A stretch of 62,999 nucleotides of DNA, counting the filler, from Octopus bimaculoides (Eukaryota): assembly GCF_001194135.2 (NCBI RefSeq). It is 6 parts of 6 records of this genome, joined end to end, with 100 filler letters (N's around TTAATTAATTAA, not from the genome) between each part and the next. Parts side by side here need not be neighbours in the genome. Positions count along the whole stretch, not along the records: positions 41,870 to 53,299 come from NC_068986.1; positions 53,400 to 57,901 come from NC_068984.1; positions 58,002 to 61,889 come from NC_068990.1; positions 61,990 to 62,999 come from NW_026301203.1; 2 more parts are not named here. The stretch is one strand, 5' to 3'. A program made the position numbers and the translations under genes. Position 1 is the stretch's first letter, and each line of letters begins with the position of its first letter. The notes under the pieces were generated by a model. The model searched no databases, had not been told where the DNA came from, and saw nothing but the letters and a program-made list of their open reading frames with translations. Below are positions 51,561 to 62,999 of this stretch, in pieces.

Positions 51561-52699
51561 ACATACAAATGAGTGTGTGCATATACGTATGTATGTATGT
51601 ATGTATGTATGTATGGATGGATGGATGGATGGATGGATAGTTGTTTGTACACATGTATATATACAATATATAGGCAATCCTTCGATATTTGTCTAGAGAG
51701 CGTCGGTATAAGGAGACGATTGACCCTCTTTTTCAGTCTAACTTCTGTATCTATGTCATGGGAAAAGGCTGTGTGGGTGAATGACGTAGTCTCTCTCTCT
51801 CTCTCTCTCTCATACACACACACACACACACACACATCCCTAATCCTTGTTTTAGAAATATTTTGATTAGAAATACACTGTTTGTTGTAACCTTTGTTTC
51901 AGTCGGTATTGATTAGCAGAAAGTGTGTTAATGGAAAACTTTTAATGGATTATCGATGTGTTGTCTAAGAAGAAAAAAAACTGTGTATTGTATTTACATT
52001 GTGTTGTATTATAATACTAATATGTTATCAGTCACATGACGGGTATCTTTGGAAATATATTTTTGCCACCAATATCAGGTAATATCGCATACATACAGTA
52101 ATTACAATTTAAGTTTCATCAAGTTTGTGGGTGCTTTTACAAAATGATGACTTGACATTTTTGTTTTTAGTTGTTTTTGTTGCAATTTCTTTTATTTCTC
52201 ATTATTCCTTGTTTTGTGATAAATAAATTTAAAAAATTACACAACCGTATTTAACGATAAAAAATATTTAATGAAAGAAAATGAGACAAAAATATATGAG
52301 AAGTGAACATGGCAATTCCGACTTCCGGTGTGTCGAAAATGGCTGTACCTGATTGGTTGAAATTAAAAAAAAAAAAACAATTTTCAAAGGTCCGTAACTG
52401 CTTTATTTTTAATCCCCCCCCACCCCGCCCAAAAGGTATGATTTTCGTAGTTAGCACGAAAATTTACAACTATGCAGAAACTTTTTAAAAGTATCGGTTC
52501 TAGAATTTGAAACCGAAAGGATCTATTATTTCTTCCAATTTTCCTTGTGTATTTATTTGTGCAGCTTTCTGTTTTGGCGTATTATTTTCTATTGAAGAGA
52601 CCAAACAGAAAACTTTTTACGAGAAATGGGCCGCATGAGACCTGACTCATCATCAGGCGGGTTGCATAACTAAAAATCTTCAAAGTAATTTTTCGCTAG

Positions 52700-53175
52700 T
52701 GTGCCATTCAGAAGCACCAGTGGGCCGTAGTTTCCCCATCACTTCTGTAGACAGTAGTAATGTACGCCATATGTTGTATAACATGTTTGCGCTGTGCTTA
52801 AAAGCGCTGTCTTCTGTACATTGTGCATATTTCTAAACGCTACGGAGATTTTGCTGATACACACTATTTGTCTGTACGACTTGTAAATCATTCCCTAGGT
52901 ACCTACTAGTATACAATGGCGGTTGTTTCAGTTTTCAGCACACCCACCTCACATTCTTGTTTTCTCGATTTCCAGATATTTTGATAATTTCTTCATTTCT
53001 TTTACAGCTATATCGTCGTCTGTTGATGGTGATACTTCGACAAGGAAACACTTCCTTTCCCAGCAGTCCCTGACAGCAATATCCGGCTGATCAACCTTGA
53101 TCTTCCTACATCTGTGTATTGGTATATCCCAGTTTCAGATCGCTTTGCTATACTCTGGGATCTATACTGGCTTTA
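52700..53175 (-). mobile_element. R4/Dong-like RLE fragment
   Basis: WDIPIH...QPDIAVRDCWERKCFLVEVS matches the RLE PD...D/E motif. Its 5' side abuts (CAA)n. Confidence 0.7.
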
Positions 53176-53179
53176 TTAT

Positions 53180-53181
<2 letters not shown>

Positions 53182-53270
<89 letters not shown>

Positions 53271-53297
53271 GCTGCTGCTGTTGCTGCTGCTGCTGTT
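53182..53297. repeat. (GTT)n/(GCT)n microsatellite
   Basis: Read directly. Confidence 0.97.
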
Positions 53298-53619
53298 GAN
53301 NNNNNNNNNNNNNNNNNNNNNNNNNNNNNNNNNNNNNNNNNNNTTAATTAATTAANNNNNNNNNNNNNNNNNNNNNNNNNNNNNNNNNNNNNNNNNNNNA
53401 ATCACCCGACAGTAAATCAAAATTCCATAAATGCTATCTGTAATTCTGTATTGACTCAAATGGAAAAATGTGTCACTCAAGAAGGACTTCAATTTGAACA
53501 ATTTTCATGATGTTTCATATTTAGATGCTTTTATTAAATTCATTCAGTTGTTAAATATAAATAAATCTTGGAATTAAACGGGGGTTTGATTTACTGTCAG
53601 GTGACTCTTGGCCAAACCT

Positions 53620-53910
53620 GTACCATCATCATCATCATCATCATCATCGTCGTCATTTAACGTCCGTTTTCCATGCTGGCATGAGTTGGACAGCTTGACT
53701 GAAATCTGGAAAGCCAGTGGCTGCACCAGGCTCCAGTCTGATCTAGCAATGTTTCTACAGCTGGATGCCCTTCCTAACATCAACTGCTCCGAGAGTGTAG
53801 TGGGTGATTTTTACGTGCACTAGCATGGGAGCCAGTCAGGTGGTCCTGGCATCGATCACATTCGGATAGAGCTTTTTACATGCCACCAGCATGGGAGCCA
53901 ATCAAGTGGA
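53620..53910 (-). mobile_element. Family D (RTE-like 3' end / SINE) copy
   Basis: (CAT)n tail on the plus strand followed by ttaacgtccgttttccatgc...tggatgcccttcctaac. Confidence 0.7.
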
Positions 53911-54424
53911 CGTCTTTGTGTGTGTGCCCTTTGTGTTTGTACTCTACCATCATGTGACAACCAGAGTTGGTTTATTTATGTCCCTGAAACTTAGCAGTTC
54001 AGCAAAAGAAACCAATAGAATAAGTACCAGACTTTAAAAAAAATGAAAACAAATAAATACTGGCGTCAATTTGTTCAATTAAACACTTTAAGGCATTGCC
54101 CCAGCAAGGCTGCTGTCCAATGACTGAAACAAGTAAAAGATAAAACATGAAATTTAATTGGAAATAAAACTTACTGACGACAATATTGGTTTTCCATGAA
54201 GTCCATTTAAATTGAGTTTCAAAATATTTTGGTATGAAGGGTAAAGTGCCAGATGCAGAGAATATAATCAGACCTATGTGTCCTAAGATTAAAATCAATA
54301 ATGGGTTTTTTGCCATGTTGTAAAATGTCTGGATCATATCTAATAAAAAGGAAAAAGAATTTAGGAAATAGTTAATATTGATATCATAATATTTAAGTAA
54401 TAATTTTGAAATATTCATATTATA

Positions 54425-54578
54425 GATGCAAGAGTGGCTGTGTGGTAAGAAGCTTGCTTACCAACCACATGGTTCCGGGTTCAGTCCCACTGCGTGGTAC
54501 CTTGAGCAAGGCTGACCAAAACCTTGTGAATGGATTTGGGAGATGGAAACTGAAAGAAGCCCATTGTGTGTTTATATA
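54425..54578 (+). mobile_element. SINE family A 5' half, interrupted by a MITE
   Basis: A-box and B-box head with a small internal deletion, ending at the TA tract where the MITE begins. Confidence 0.8.
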
Positions 54579-54790
54579 CAGAGTGTCCACAAAGTCTGGG
54601 TACATGAGGATTAATACATACTTTAAGACATTATTATTTCTTATATTTAATTGTTTATGTTATGATTTTATTTACAGTCTGGGTACATGGGGATTAACAC
54701 ATACTTTAAGAAATTATTATTTCTTATATTATTTAATTGTTTATGTTACGATTTTATTTACCCCATGTACCCAGACTTTGTGGACACTCT
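54579..54790. mobile_element. Tc1/mariner-type MITE with an internal ~85-bp tandem duplication
   Basis: TA|cagagtgtccacaaagtctgggtacatg ... catgtacccagactttgtggacactct, with the right end running into a gap. Confidence 0.8.
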
Positions 54791-55600
54791 NNNNNNNNNN
54801 NNNNNNNNNNNNNNNNNNNNNNNNNNNNNNNNNNNNNNNNNNNNNNNNNNNNNNNNNNNNNNNNNNNNNNNNNNNNNNNNNNNNNNNNNNNNNNNNNNNN
54901 NNNNNNNNNNNNNNNNNNNNNNNNNNNNNNNNNNNNNNNNNNNNNNNNNNNNNNNNNNNNNNNNNNNNNNNNNNNNNNNNNNNNNNNNNNNNNNNNNNNN
55001 NNNNNNNNNNNNNNNNNNNNNNNNNNNNNNNNNNNNNNNNNNNNNNNNNNNNNNNNNNNNNNNNNNNNNNNNNNNNNNNNNNNNNNNNNNNNNNNNNNNN
55101 NNNNNNNNNNNNNNNNNNNNNNNNNNNNNNNNNNNNNNNNNNNNNNNNNNNNNNNNNNNNNNNNNNNNNNNNNNNNNNNNNNNNNNNNNNNNNNNNNNNN
55201 NNNNNNNNNNNNNNNNNNNNNNNNNNNNNNNNNNNNNNNNNNNNNNNNNNNNNNNNNNNNNNNNNNNNNNNNNNNNNNNNNNNNNNNNNNNNNNNNNNNN
55301 NNNNNNNNNNNNNNNNNNNNNNNNNNNNNNNNNNNNNNNNNNNNNNNNNNNNNNNNNNNNNNNNNNNNNNNNNNNNNNNNNNNNNNNNNNNNNNNNNNNN
55401 NNNNNNNNNNNNNNNNNNNNNNNNNNNNNNNNNNNNNNNNNNNNNNNNNNNNNNNNNNNNNNNNNNNNNNNNNNNNNNNNNNNNNNNNNNNNNNNNNNNN
55501 NNNNNNNNNNNNNNNNNNNNNNNNNNNNNNNNNNNNNNNNNNNNNNNNNNNNNNNNNNNNNNNNNNNNNNNNNNNNNNNNNNNNNNNNNNNNNNNNNNNN

Positions 55601-55649
<49 letters not shown>

Positions 55650-56119
55650 GTGTGTGCATATTTGTTGTTTTCTAGTTTTTCTGGTAATTTATGCTTTATC
55701 ATTCAGTTATTTTCATATTTTTATTCAGTCATGCATGACACTAGTGCAAAGAAGCACGGTATGTTTCATTATAAATGCATGCATATATTCAAGTGATTCA
55801 TTAATTAGTTAAATAACTATCTAATTAATTGACATTAAAACTGTAATGACATACATTTGGTGCTTGTGTTTTAATTGCCAGCATAATCCTTCCGAACTAC
55901 AACAGTATTTGTTGGAACAACTTTACCATTTAGAGCCAAAACTCACTTTGGATTCAAATTCAGAAGTTATTATAATAATCTAAAAGAATTCTTGAACTTA
56001 TAATATCAATATATTTGTAACATTCACATATACAACATAGATAGACACACATATAAATGTGTGTATGTGTGTGTGTGTTGCTGGTAGTTTTTAGCCTTCT
56101 TTCCAACCAAGAACTTTTT

Positions 56120-56325
56120 AACCTAATATACTGGGTTCAAATTTTGACCCAAGGCCAGCAATTTGAAGGGGTTAAGTTGAATACATTAACTTCAGTTTTT
56201 ATCGACCCTGAAAGGATGAAAGGTAAAGTGAACCTGAGTGGAATTTGAACTCAGAATGTAAAGATAGATGAAATGCTGCTAACCATTTTTCCCAGCATGC
56301 TAACAATTCTTCTACCTCACTGCCA
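56120..56325 (-). mobile_element. SINE family B copy, diverged
   Basis: Contains ttatcgaccctgaaaggatgaaaggtaaagt...gaatttgaactcagaatg. Confidence 0.75.
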
Positions 56326-56457
56326 TTTTTTAACCTAACATATTACACGCTATTATTTATAGGTGTATAATATATATGTGAATTGTTTTCATGTTCAGTT
56401 GTAATAAAATCAATTTTGTAGAGTACAATTTACTATTCATAAACAGAAATTGTAGTT

Positions 56458-56895
56458 GTGGATGATGCCAGTGCTGCCTGACTGGCTCCCATGCTGGTCG
56501 CATGCATTAAGCACCATTCATGTGTGGGTCGTTGCCAGTGCTGCCTGACTGGCTCCCCATGCTGGTGGAATGTAAAAAGCACCACCCGAACGTGGTCGAT
56601 GCCAGCCCCCTTGCCCTGACTGGCTCCTGTGCGAGTGGCATGTAAAAAGCATCATTCAAATGTTGCCAATGCCAGTGCCGACTGACTGGCTCCCGTGCCG
56701 GAGGCACATAAAAAGCAGTCACTACACTCTCAGAGTGGTTGGTGTTATGAAGGGCATCCAGCTGTTGAAACTCTGCCAGATCAGATTGGAGCCTGGTGCC
56801 ACCTGGTGCAGCCTGCTGGCTTGTCAATCCTCAGTCAAACCGTCCAACCCATGCCAGCATGGAAAATGGATGTTAAATGATGATGGTGATGATGA
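56458..56895 (+). mobile_element. Family D copy with 4-5 internal ~55-60-bp tandem units
   Basis: The unit gccagtgc...tgactggctccc...atgtaaaaagcac repeats upstream of the family D 3' end and (GAT)n tail. Confidence 0.7.
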
Positions 56896-57589
56896 GAATA
56901 TTATTGACAGTAGCTTCAAAGTTTCAGCAAGTTAAGCCATCAGTGGACTGCAATTCATTGAAATTAATCTTGGCTTTATATAGTCTGTGTTGAGTTAAAA
57001 TCTTCCTTGGTTGTGTGAGTTTGAGAGGTGTGGCTATTAAGTTTTAGGGGTGGATTGTTATTGGTTAAATTTGGGGTTTTGTTATTGTTTAGAATTTATT
57101 CATGTATGTAGAAGTTTGTAAGTAGGTGTGTATATTTATCTGTGTCCTTTGTTGTAGGTCGGTATAGGACAAGAAGAACAAGCACAAGTTAAACAAATTT
57201 CTATACTAACAGCACCATGACATGTTTGAGGAATAAACTCAACCTAAATTCTTTTGTGAACCCTAAAACATTCCATTACAAAAAAGCTGAATCACTCAAT
57301 TACTAAGTTTTTAAATACTGGCGTAAATTTTGAACTAAACTTTGATCTTTGTCACATAATAAAAGCAAAGGATTAAATTCAATAAGATCAAATAATTCCA
57401 TGCACTATACATGCACCTTTGATGAGTTGTAGTGCACCTGAGCACCATACACAATAATTTTATTATTATTATTTTTTTTAAATAACTAAAACTATTGGTG
57501 CATCCACTAACTAAAAAAACTTTCTATACCTATCTATATCCTTTTTATGAACCACTAAAAGCAATCCTATGATTTGAAGTGAACACACC

Positions 57590-57647
<58 letters not shown>

Positions 57648-57649
<2 letters not shown>

Positions 57650-57901
57650 CTCTGAACCAACCATAAACACTAATGCAGGTGAAAATCAAATAGATGAAGG
57701 AAGTCATACAGAAATCGACGCAACAGAACTACATGATCTAAAAAATCAAATCATGATTGAATGGCTGAAAATTAAAGAAACTAGTATGAATGAACGCGAC
57801 ACTCTCCCCAAAATTCGCAATTCTAACCAAAACCTGAAAATAATTGGTAAAATCCGCCTTGCACTTAAGGATATAATTTCAGCTAATGATGTTGATATTA
57901 C
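57648..57901 (+). mobile_element. Probable R4/Dong-like ORF N-terminal fragment following (TAA)n (57590-57647)
   Basis: Open frame ...IKETSMNERDTLPKIRN... starts immediately after the (TAA)n run. Family assignment is an inference. Confidence 0.5.
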
Positions 57902-59225
57902 NNNNNNNNNNNNNNNNNNNNNNNNNNNNNNNNNNNNNNNNNNNNTTAATTAATTAANNNNNNNNNNNNNNNNNNNNNNNNNNNNNNNNNNNNNNNNNNN
58001 NATATATATATATATATATATACATAAACAAATCTTGACTGTAAAAAGGATTTAGATAATCCTATCAGGTGGTGCTATTGAGTTAGACATGGCCTGGACC
58101 AATCCCGATCTTGATGAAACTTGACATATGTATGACGTTTGTGCCCATGTGGTCACTTGGAATTTCAAAAGAATCAATAATTTTTAATCAGCATTGATTT
58201 TTCAAAAATCAATAGGACATTTCAATGCAAATTCTTATATGAATGTTATTTTCTGCCGTAACTTTTCAACTTTTCNNNNNNNNNNACATTTCAATGCAAA
58301 TTCTTATATGAATGTTATTTTCTGCCGTAACTTTTCAACTTTTCAACTGATTTTCTTGAAATTTTATACACAGATGGAATATGCGCTATGCATGGGTTGA
58401 GATATTTACCAAGGCTACTCAAGCAAAGCATAAGATGATTTTTGATTAGCTGATTAACGAAATTTGGCCTTAATTGTTGTGGGGTTAAAATGTTCATCAA
58501 TTATTTCAGCATTCTCAGGTTGTTGTAACATGTATTTTTTTAACACCTGCACTTCAAATTATCGATTCTAAACGTTGCAATCGATATTTGATTCTCACGA
58601 TCAGTGGAACTATACCCATGAAACACAGTCATCAAATTAAGTACCTTTGCCCAAATAGTTTTTGTTTACTTTTCAAACTTTTATTTTCCTTTTTTCCCCA
58701 GCACTCTTTTACACTTCCTTTCTTGATGTTTCCATTGATTATATATTTGCAGCTTTCCACTCATCTGACCAAACGATTGTCATTTTCCGATTCCACACGT
58801 CTTTATTTGTATTATTGTTTCATGAATGAATACGCTTATGACTTCTATTATCTGTCCTATGTCTTGATTTCATATTTCATCTCAGAGAAATTAGGCATTG
58901 TAATGGGAACTGGGAATATCCCCGCTCCCAGGTATTACCGGGTACCTCAGCTAGTATACATATATATACTTATATACGTCTGCTGAAATTACCACAGGAT
59001 GGTCATGGTGGGGACCCATTTGACCATAAGTATGCTTGTTCAGTAATGATCTGGGTCTAATCAACTACAACAACAAAATGAACAAAATATATTTTTAATT
59101 TGCTGTTTCTTTTTCTGTTTTTTTTNNNNNNNNNNNNNNNNNNNNNNNNNNNNNNNNNNNNNNNNNNNNNNNNNNNNNNNNNNNNNNNNNNNNNNNNNNN
59201 NNNNNNNNNNNNNNNNNNNNNNNNN

Positions 59226-60582
59226 ATGAAATACTACAGAAAACAAAGTTGGGGTATGATCTGGGAAGAGGTAAGAGAAAATTGAACCACTTGCTGTTCA
59301 TGGACGACCTGAAGCTATTCACAAAAACTGAGGCCGAACTGGACAGCCTTGTCCAGTCTGTGCGGATTTTCGCTGATGATATTATGATGGAGTTTGGACT
59401 CTCAAAATGTGCTATGATGGGGATGAGACGACGAAAGCTTGTCAGGACAGAAGGCATATGATTGCCAAGTGGTGAAATGATGAAGGCAATTGAACCCCAG
59501 TCTAGCTATAAATACCTGGGAATACTTGAGGTAGATGGAATTAAACACCACAACATGAAGGAAAAGACAAAAAGAGAATACCTGCGGAGAGGGAGAAAAA
59601 TATTGTCCTCAAAGCTGAATACCAGACACAATTTCGGCAATAAACACGCGCGCAGTCGCAGTAGCTCGGTATGGTGCTGGGATCCTGAAGTGGATAGAAG
59701 AGAAGCTAAAGGAGAGGGACAGGAAGTTCCTAACGATGCATGGAACTCATCATCCACGTGCAGACACTGATCGCCGATACATGAAGAGAGTATATGGAGG
59801 AAGGGGACTGATAAGTGTGGAAGACTGCGTGCATATCGAACTCGAGATCTTAATGAGATAGTAAGGAAACCTTGCTAATGGCGGTTAGGAATGAGGGAGT
59901 ATTAAGAACAGAGGAAAAAGGAATAACAAAGGAAGAAGAACAAAAAGGACATGAAGAAGAATTACACAGGAAGGGCCAACACAGACAATTCTATGTAACC
60001 ACAACAGAAGTTGCTGGAAAAAATAAGTGGGATTGGCAGAAGAAAGGAACACTAAAAAAGAGAGTGGATGAAACCATTGCCCATATGTCGAACGAATGCC
60101 CTAGACTTGCCCAAAACCACTACAAGTTGTGGTGACATGATCAGGTAGTGAAAGTGCTACATTGGAAACTGTGCGACAAGTGGGTGCTAGAGAGAGGCAA
60201 GACGTGATAGGAGCACAGACCAGAGAGAGTGGCGGAGGTGGAGACTTGCAAAACCCTCTGGTATTTTCCAATCCAAACAGACCAGGTGCTAGAACATAAC
60301 AGATCTAACCTAGTGGTGGTCAACAAGATGCACCATATGTGCTTTATAGTTGATGTAGCATGCCTTTTTGACCCAAGAATAGTCAAGAAGGAAGGCGAAA
60401 ACATATATAAATACAACCCTTTTAAGTACGAAATAGCCCAGCTATGGAAAATGAAGAAGGTGAAAATAGTGCCAATTATTGTTGGGTCCTTGGGGACAGT
60501 ATCAGAAGGCATCAAGGGGAATATAAAGGAAACTGGAATAGAATGTCTAGAAGAACTGTTACAAAAGGTTTGCCTCCTGTGA
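59226..60582 (+). mobile_element. R4/Dong-like LINE (RT 3' half and RLE), antisense within the SLC22 intron
   Basis: Has NHLLFMDDLKLF, EFGLSKCA, YKYLGILE and YMKR..GGRGL, then TDQVLEHNRSNLVVV...IVDVAC, ending LQKVCLL. Confidence 0.88.
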
Positions 60583-60630
60583 TAAAAAGGAAAAAAACAA
60601 CAACAACAACAATAATAATGATTTGTTTAC

Positions 60631-60857
60631 CTTTAGTGCCAAAGAGGATGGGAAATATTCCAGCAATACACATGACTCCAGCCAAGATCATCAGGCTGGA
60701 ATACAATTTTCTTCTTCCAACACGATTTAACAGAAGGATGCACAGAATGTAGGCTGGAAACTCGACAACCGAATTCAAAAAAAAATTCATATAGAGATTG
60801 CCATACAATTTGTCAACATTAAGAGTAAGGCCGAAATATACCATGCTCACAATCATC
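60631..60857 (-). CDS. SLC22: Internal exon of an SLC22-family (MFS) organic cation/anion transporter, TM7-TM9 region
   Basis: Translates as (W)MIVSMVYFGLTLNVDKLYGNLYMNFFLNSVVEFPAYILCILLLNRVGRRKLYSSLMILAGVMCIAGIFPILFGTK. It has the SLC22-like YFGL and N-L-Y-x-N-F...VEFPAY motifs and the MFS loop NRVGRR. Acceptor is ttcttttatatag|G (AG at 60859-60858) and donor is AAAG|GTAAAC (GT at 60630-60629). No other exons were found in the window, and the paralogue cannot be assigned. Confidence 0.9.
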
Positions 60858-61573
60858 CTATATAAAAGAAGTGAAACATTTTATATAATGTGCAAAATTG
60901 CACAAAAATTGCAGACCAAACCCTGGTTAGATGGCTACGTAACTTTTTAGAGAGAATTATGATAATTTGAACATTGAGGCGAACAGCAAGTAGAGTTATA
61001 CAAATAACTGTCTAATATAGACAACTAAGACAACTTAACTGAGACAGAGTTAGCCAATGAGAGCCAGTTAACTTTAGTGCGTTGGATAAATGGTGAGTAG
61101 ATGGTTTGTATGTATATGTGGCTTTTTTAGTTTATGCGTGCATGGAGTGTTTATGTTCATTTTGTGATAAGCAGAATTCACTGATTTGTCTGTAGTCTCT
61201 GACACTTGTTAGCCTTCGGTAATTCTTAGTGAAATAGTTTTCTAAATTTGATGAAGGGCTCTGCCTAAATCATCATATCCTTCCTTTTCCGCACAGCAAA
61301 GATTTACCTAAAATGGTTTGTCGGTTTGCCTCAAGGTCCCAGCAGACAAAGTAGAAAAGGTGTTGCCCCAGATACACTGGAACAGCCACTCTGACCCACG
61401 GGGCTCACACTTGCAGATAGCTGTCTCCACCCTGATAGTGGTGAGCAGGGATGTGGTCGAGGGGCTGAGAATGTTGGAAGTCTCCACTGCCACAGGCTTG
61501 ACCACAAACCTGTCAGAGAATGGCCAATACTTTAACAACCTACTTTTAGGGACATCAGACAGCTTGTTCAGAT

Positions 61574-61798
61574 TTAACCCTTTCGTTACCATGGTTTTGT
61601 CAAAATGTTAGTTTTGTTTCAGTTAATTTTAAAAATAATGAAAAATTAAATAAAATGAGTTGCCCATAATTAATCTGGAGTCTGGAACACAAATTAACAT
61701 GAAATTCTAATGGAAAATTTCAAATTAGATCAAACAGGAAGTCTGTATGATACAACAAGGGACATTCTCATGTCGGTTGATGATATCAAACGGGTCAA
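61574..61798. mobile_element. Possible piggyBac-type MITE
   Basis: Left end TTAA|CCCTTTCGTTAC. The right end atatcaaacggg|tcaa matches 11 of 16 positions of its reverse complement. Confidence 0.4.
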
Positions 61799-61989
61799 CT
61801 AAGTTTTACTTCTAATTTTATCATTCTTTGCTTTGCTCTCAAAAGAATTCCTTTATTTCATCTTCATGTAAGCATCCTTGCACACTTAGNNNNNNNNNNN
61901 NNNNNNNNNNNNNNNNNNNNNNNNNNNNNNNNNTTAATTAATTAANNNNNNNNNNNNNNNNNNNNNNNNNNNNNNNNNNNNNNNNNNNN

Positions 61990-62810
61990 TAGTTTTCCTT
62001 GCTTCTGAAGTAGGTATTTCTGTAGTCCTATGGTGGTTAGTTTGCAATAGTATCGTATTTTGCAATTGTATCGTATCTAGTTCATTGATTCCTAAGTGTT
62101 TGTACGTCTGGCTTTGATCTAATTCTCTTATTTCATTGGCTTTATCTAGTGTAATGTTGCTGCTCTTAACAAGATTTCCTCTTTTCAAGGCTGCTTTGGC
62201 ACATTTTTCTAATCCAAATTTCATGTTTATTTCTTTGGTAAATCCATGTACTGTCTTTAGTAATGTTTTCCAGCTGTTTATCATTTGTAGTGTACAGTTT
62301 TAGATCATCCATGTATAAAAGGTGGCCGTTTTGCTGTAACAAAAAGGATTGTTTTGCTGTAACAGTTGTATCTACATCCAGTTCTGTTTAGCATGTCAGA
62401 TAAAGGTGTCAATGCCAAGCAGGAAACGAGTGGAGAGAGCGTGTCTACCTGGAATATTCCTCTTCTTATGGGGTTGGCTTTGGTTTTTATGAATCCCTCT
62501 TTTGTCTGTTGCTGTAGCACTGTCTGCCATTTATCCATGGAATGTGTTATATATTATATGATAATTGATGGTACCTTTTTCATGGCTAGTGTTGCTAGGA
62601 TCCATGTGTCGGGAATACTATGAAAAGTCTTTCGGTAATTAGACCCTTCTCTTCCCTAACTGAAATGACTAGTACTGCCTATTTTGGACAGACTACTGTT
62701 TGTTTCACTTCTTGCAACGACTCAGCATCCTTCTTGTGCCCCTTCTTGTCACTCCAAAACCTTTGACTTTGAATGTTATCCGGTTTAAAATTTTCATATG
62801 TACACTCTCC

Positions 62811-62812
<2 letters not shown>
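61990..62812 (-). mobile_element. R4/Dong-like LINE RT fragment abutting (TAA)n (62813-62874)
   Basis: Has IRRGIFQVDTLSPL, YMDDLKL-like sequence, MKFGLEKCAKA and YKHLGINE. Confidence 0.85.
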
Positions 62813-62874
<62 letters not shown>

Positions 62875-62883
62875 GTCCCCATC

Positions 62884-62918
<35 letters not shown>

Positions 62919-62919
62919 A

Positions 62920-62999
62920 AAGGCGGCGATCTAGAAGAATCACTGGTGCGCTTGCAAAATGCTCAGCGGTATTTCGCCCCCCCCACCACCACCATATGT
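62920..62999 (+). mobile_element. SINE family B 5' head after (GTA)n
   Basis: aaggcggcgatctagaagaat...aaatgctcagcggtatttcg resembles the head of the 49451 copy. Confidence 0.55.

Noticed and set aside
52630-52665. Minus-strand CTGATGA near an R4 3' region
   Set aside because: No GAAA follows the putative stem II. CTGATGA at 17846, 18772 and 35341 fails the same test.
2191-55812. Many long ORFs rich in YI/HT/CV/LS or X
   Set aside because: They are translations of microsatellites and N gaps.
56905-56952. Possible highly decayed hammerhead (ctgat-ggc...gct-GAAA-ctttgaag)
   Set aside because: It needs a core deletion plus several substitutions, and stem I is not in register.

Overview
This is repeat-saturated animal genomic DNA from a gappy draft assembly. 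The SINE families and extreme microsatellite density suggest an octopus; this is an inference. Five TTAATTAATTAA stop-linkers split the window into about six joined scaffolds, so order across them is unverified. The only confident host-gene sequence is one minus-strand exon of an SLC22-type organic cation transporter (60631-60857). Most of the recognisable remainder is mobile DNA: a Ty3/Gypsy LTR element with a tRNA-Trp PBS and a deleted integrase core, two different Penelope-like elements (PLEs) back to back, at least seven R4/Dong-like LINE fragments (several abutting (TAA)n), an L1/Tx1 remnant, Tigger and mariner transposon remnants, MITEs and four SINE-like families. The most interesting signal is eight minimal type-I hammerhead ribozyme motifs read by eye. 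Only two lie in recognisable PLEs, and several carry recurrent non-canonical cores (CCGANGA three times, CUGUNGA twice). No activity was tested and no database was searched.
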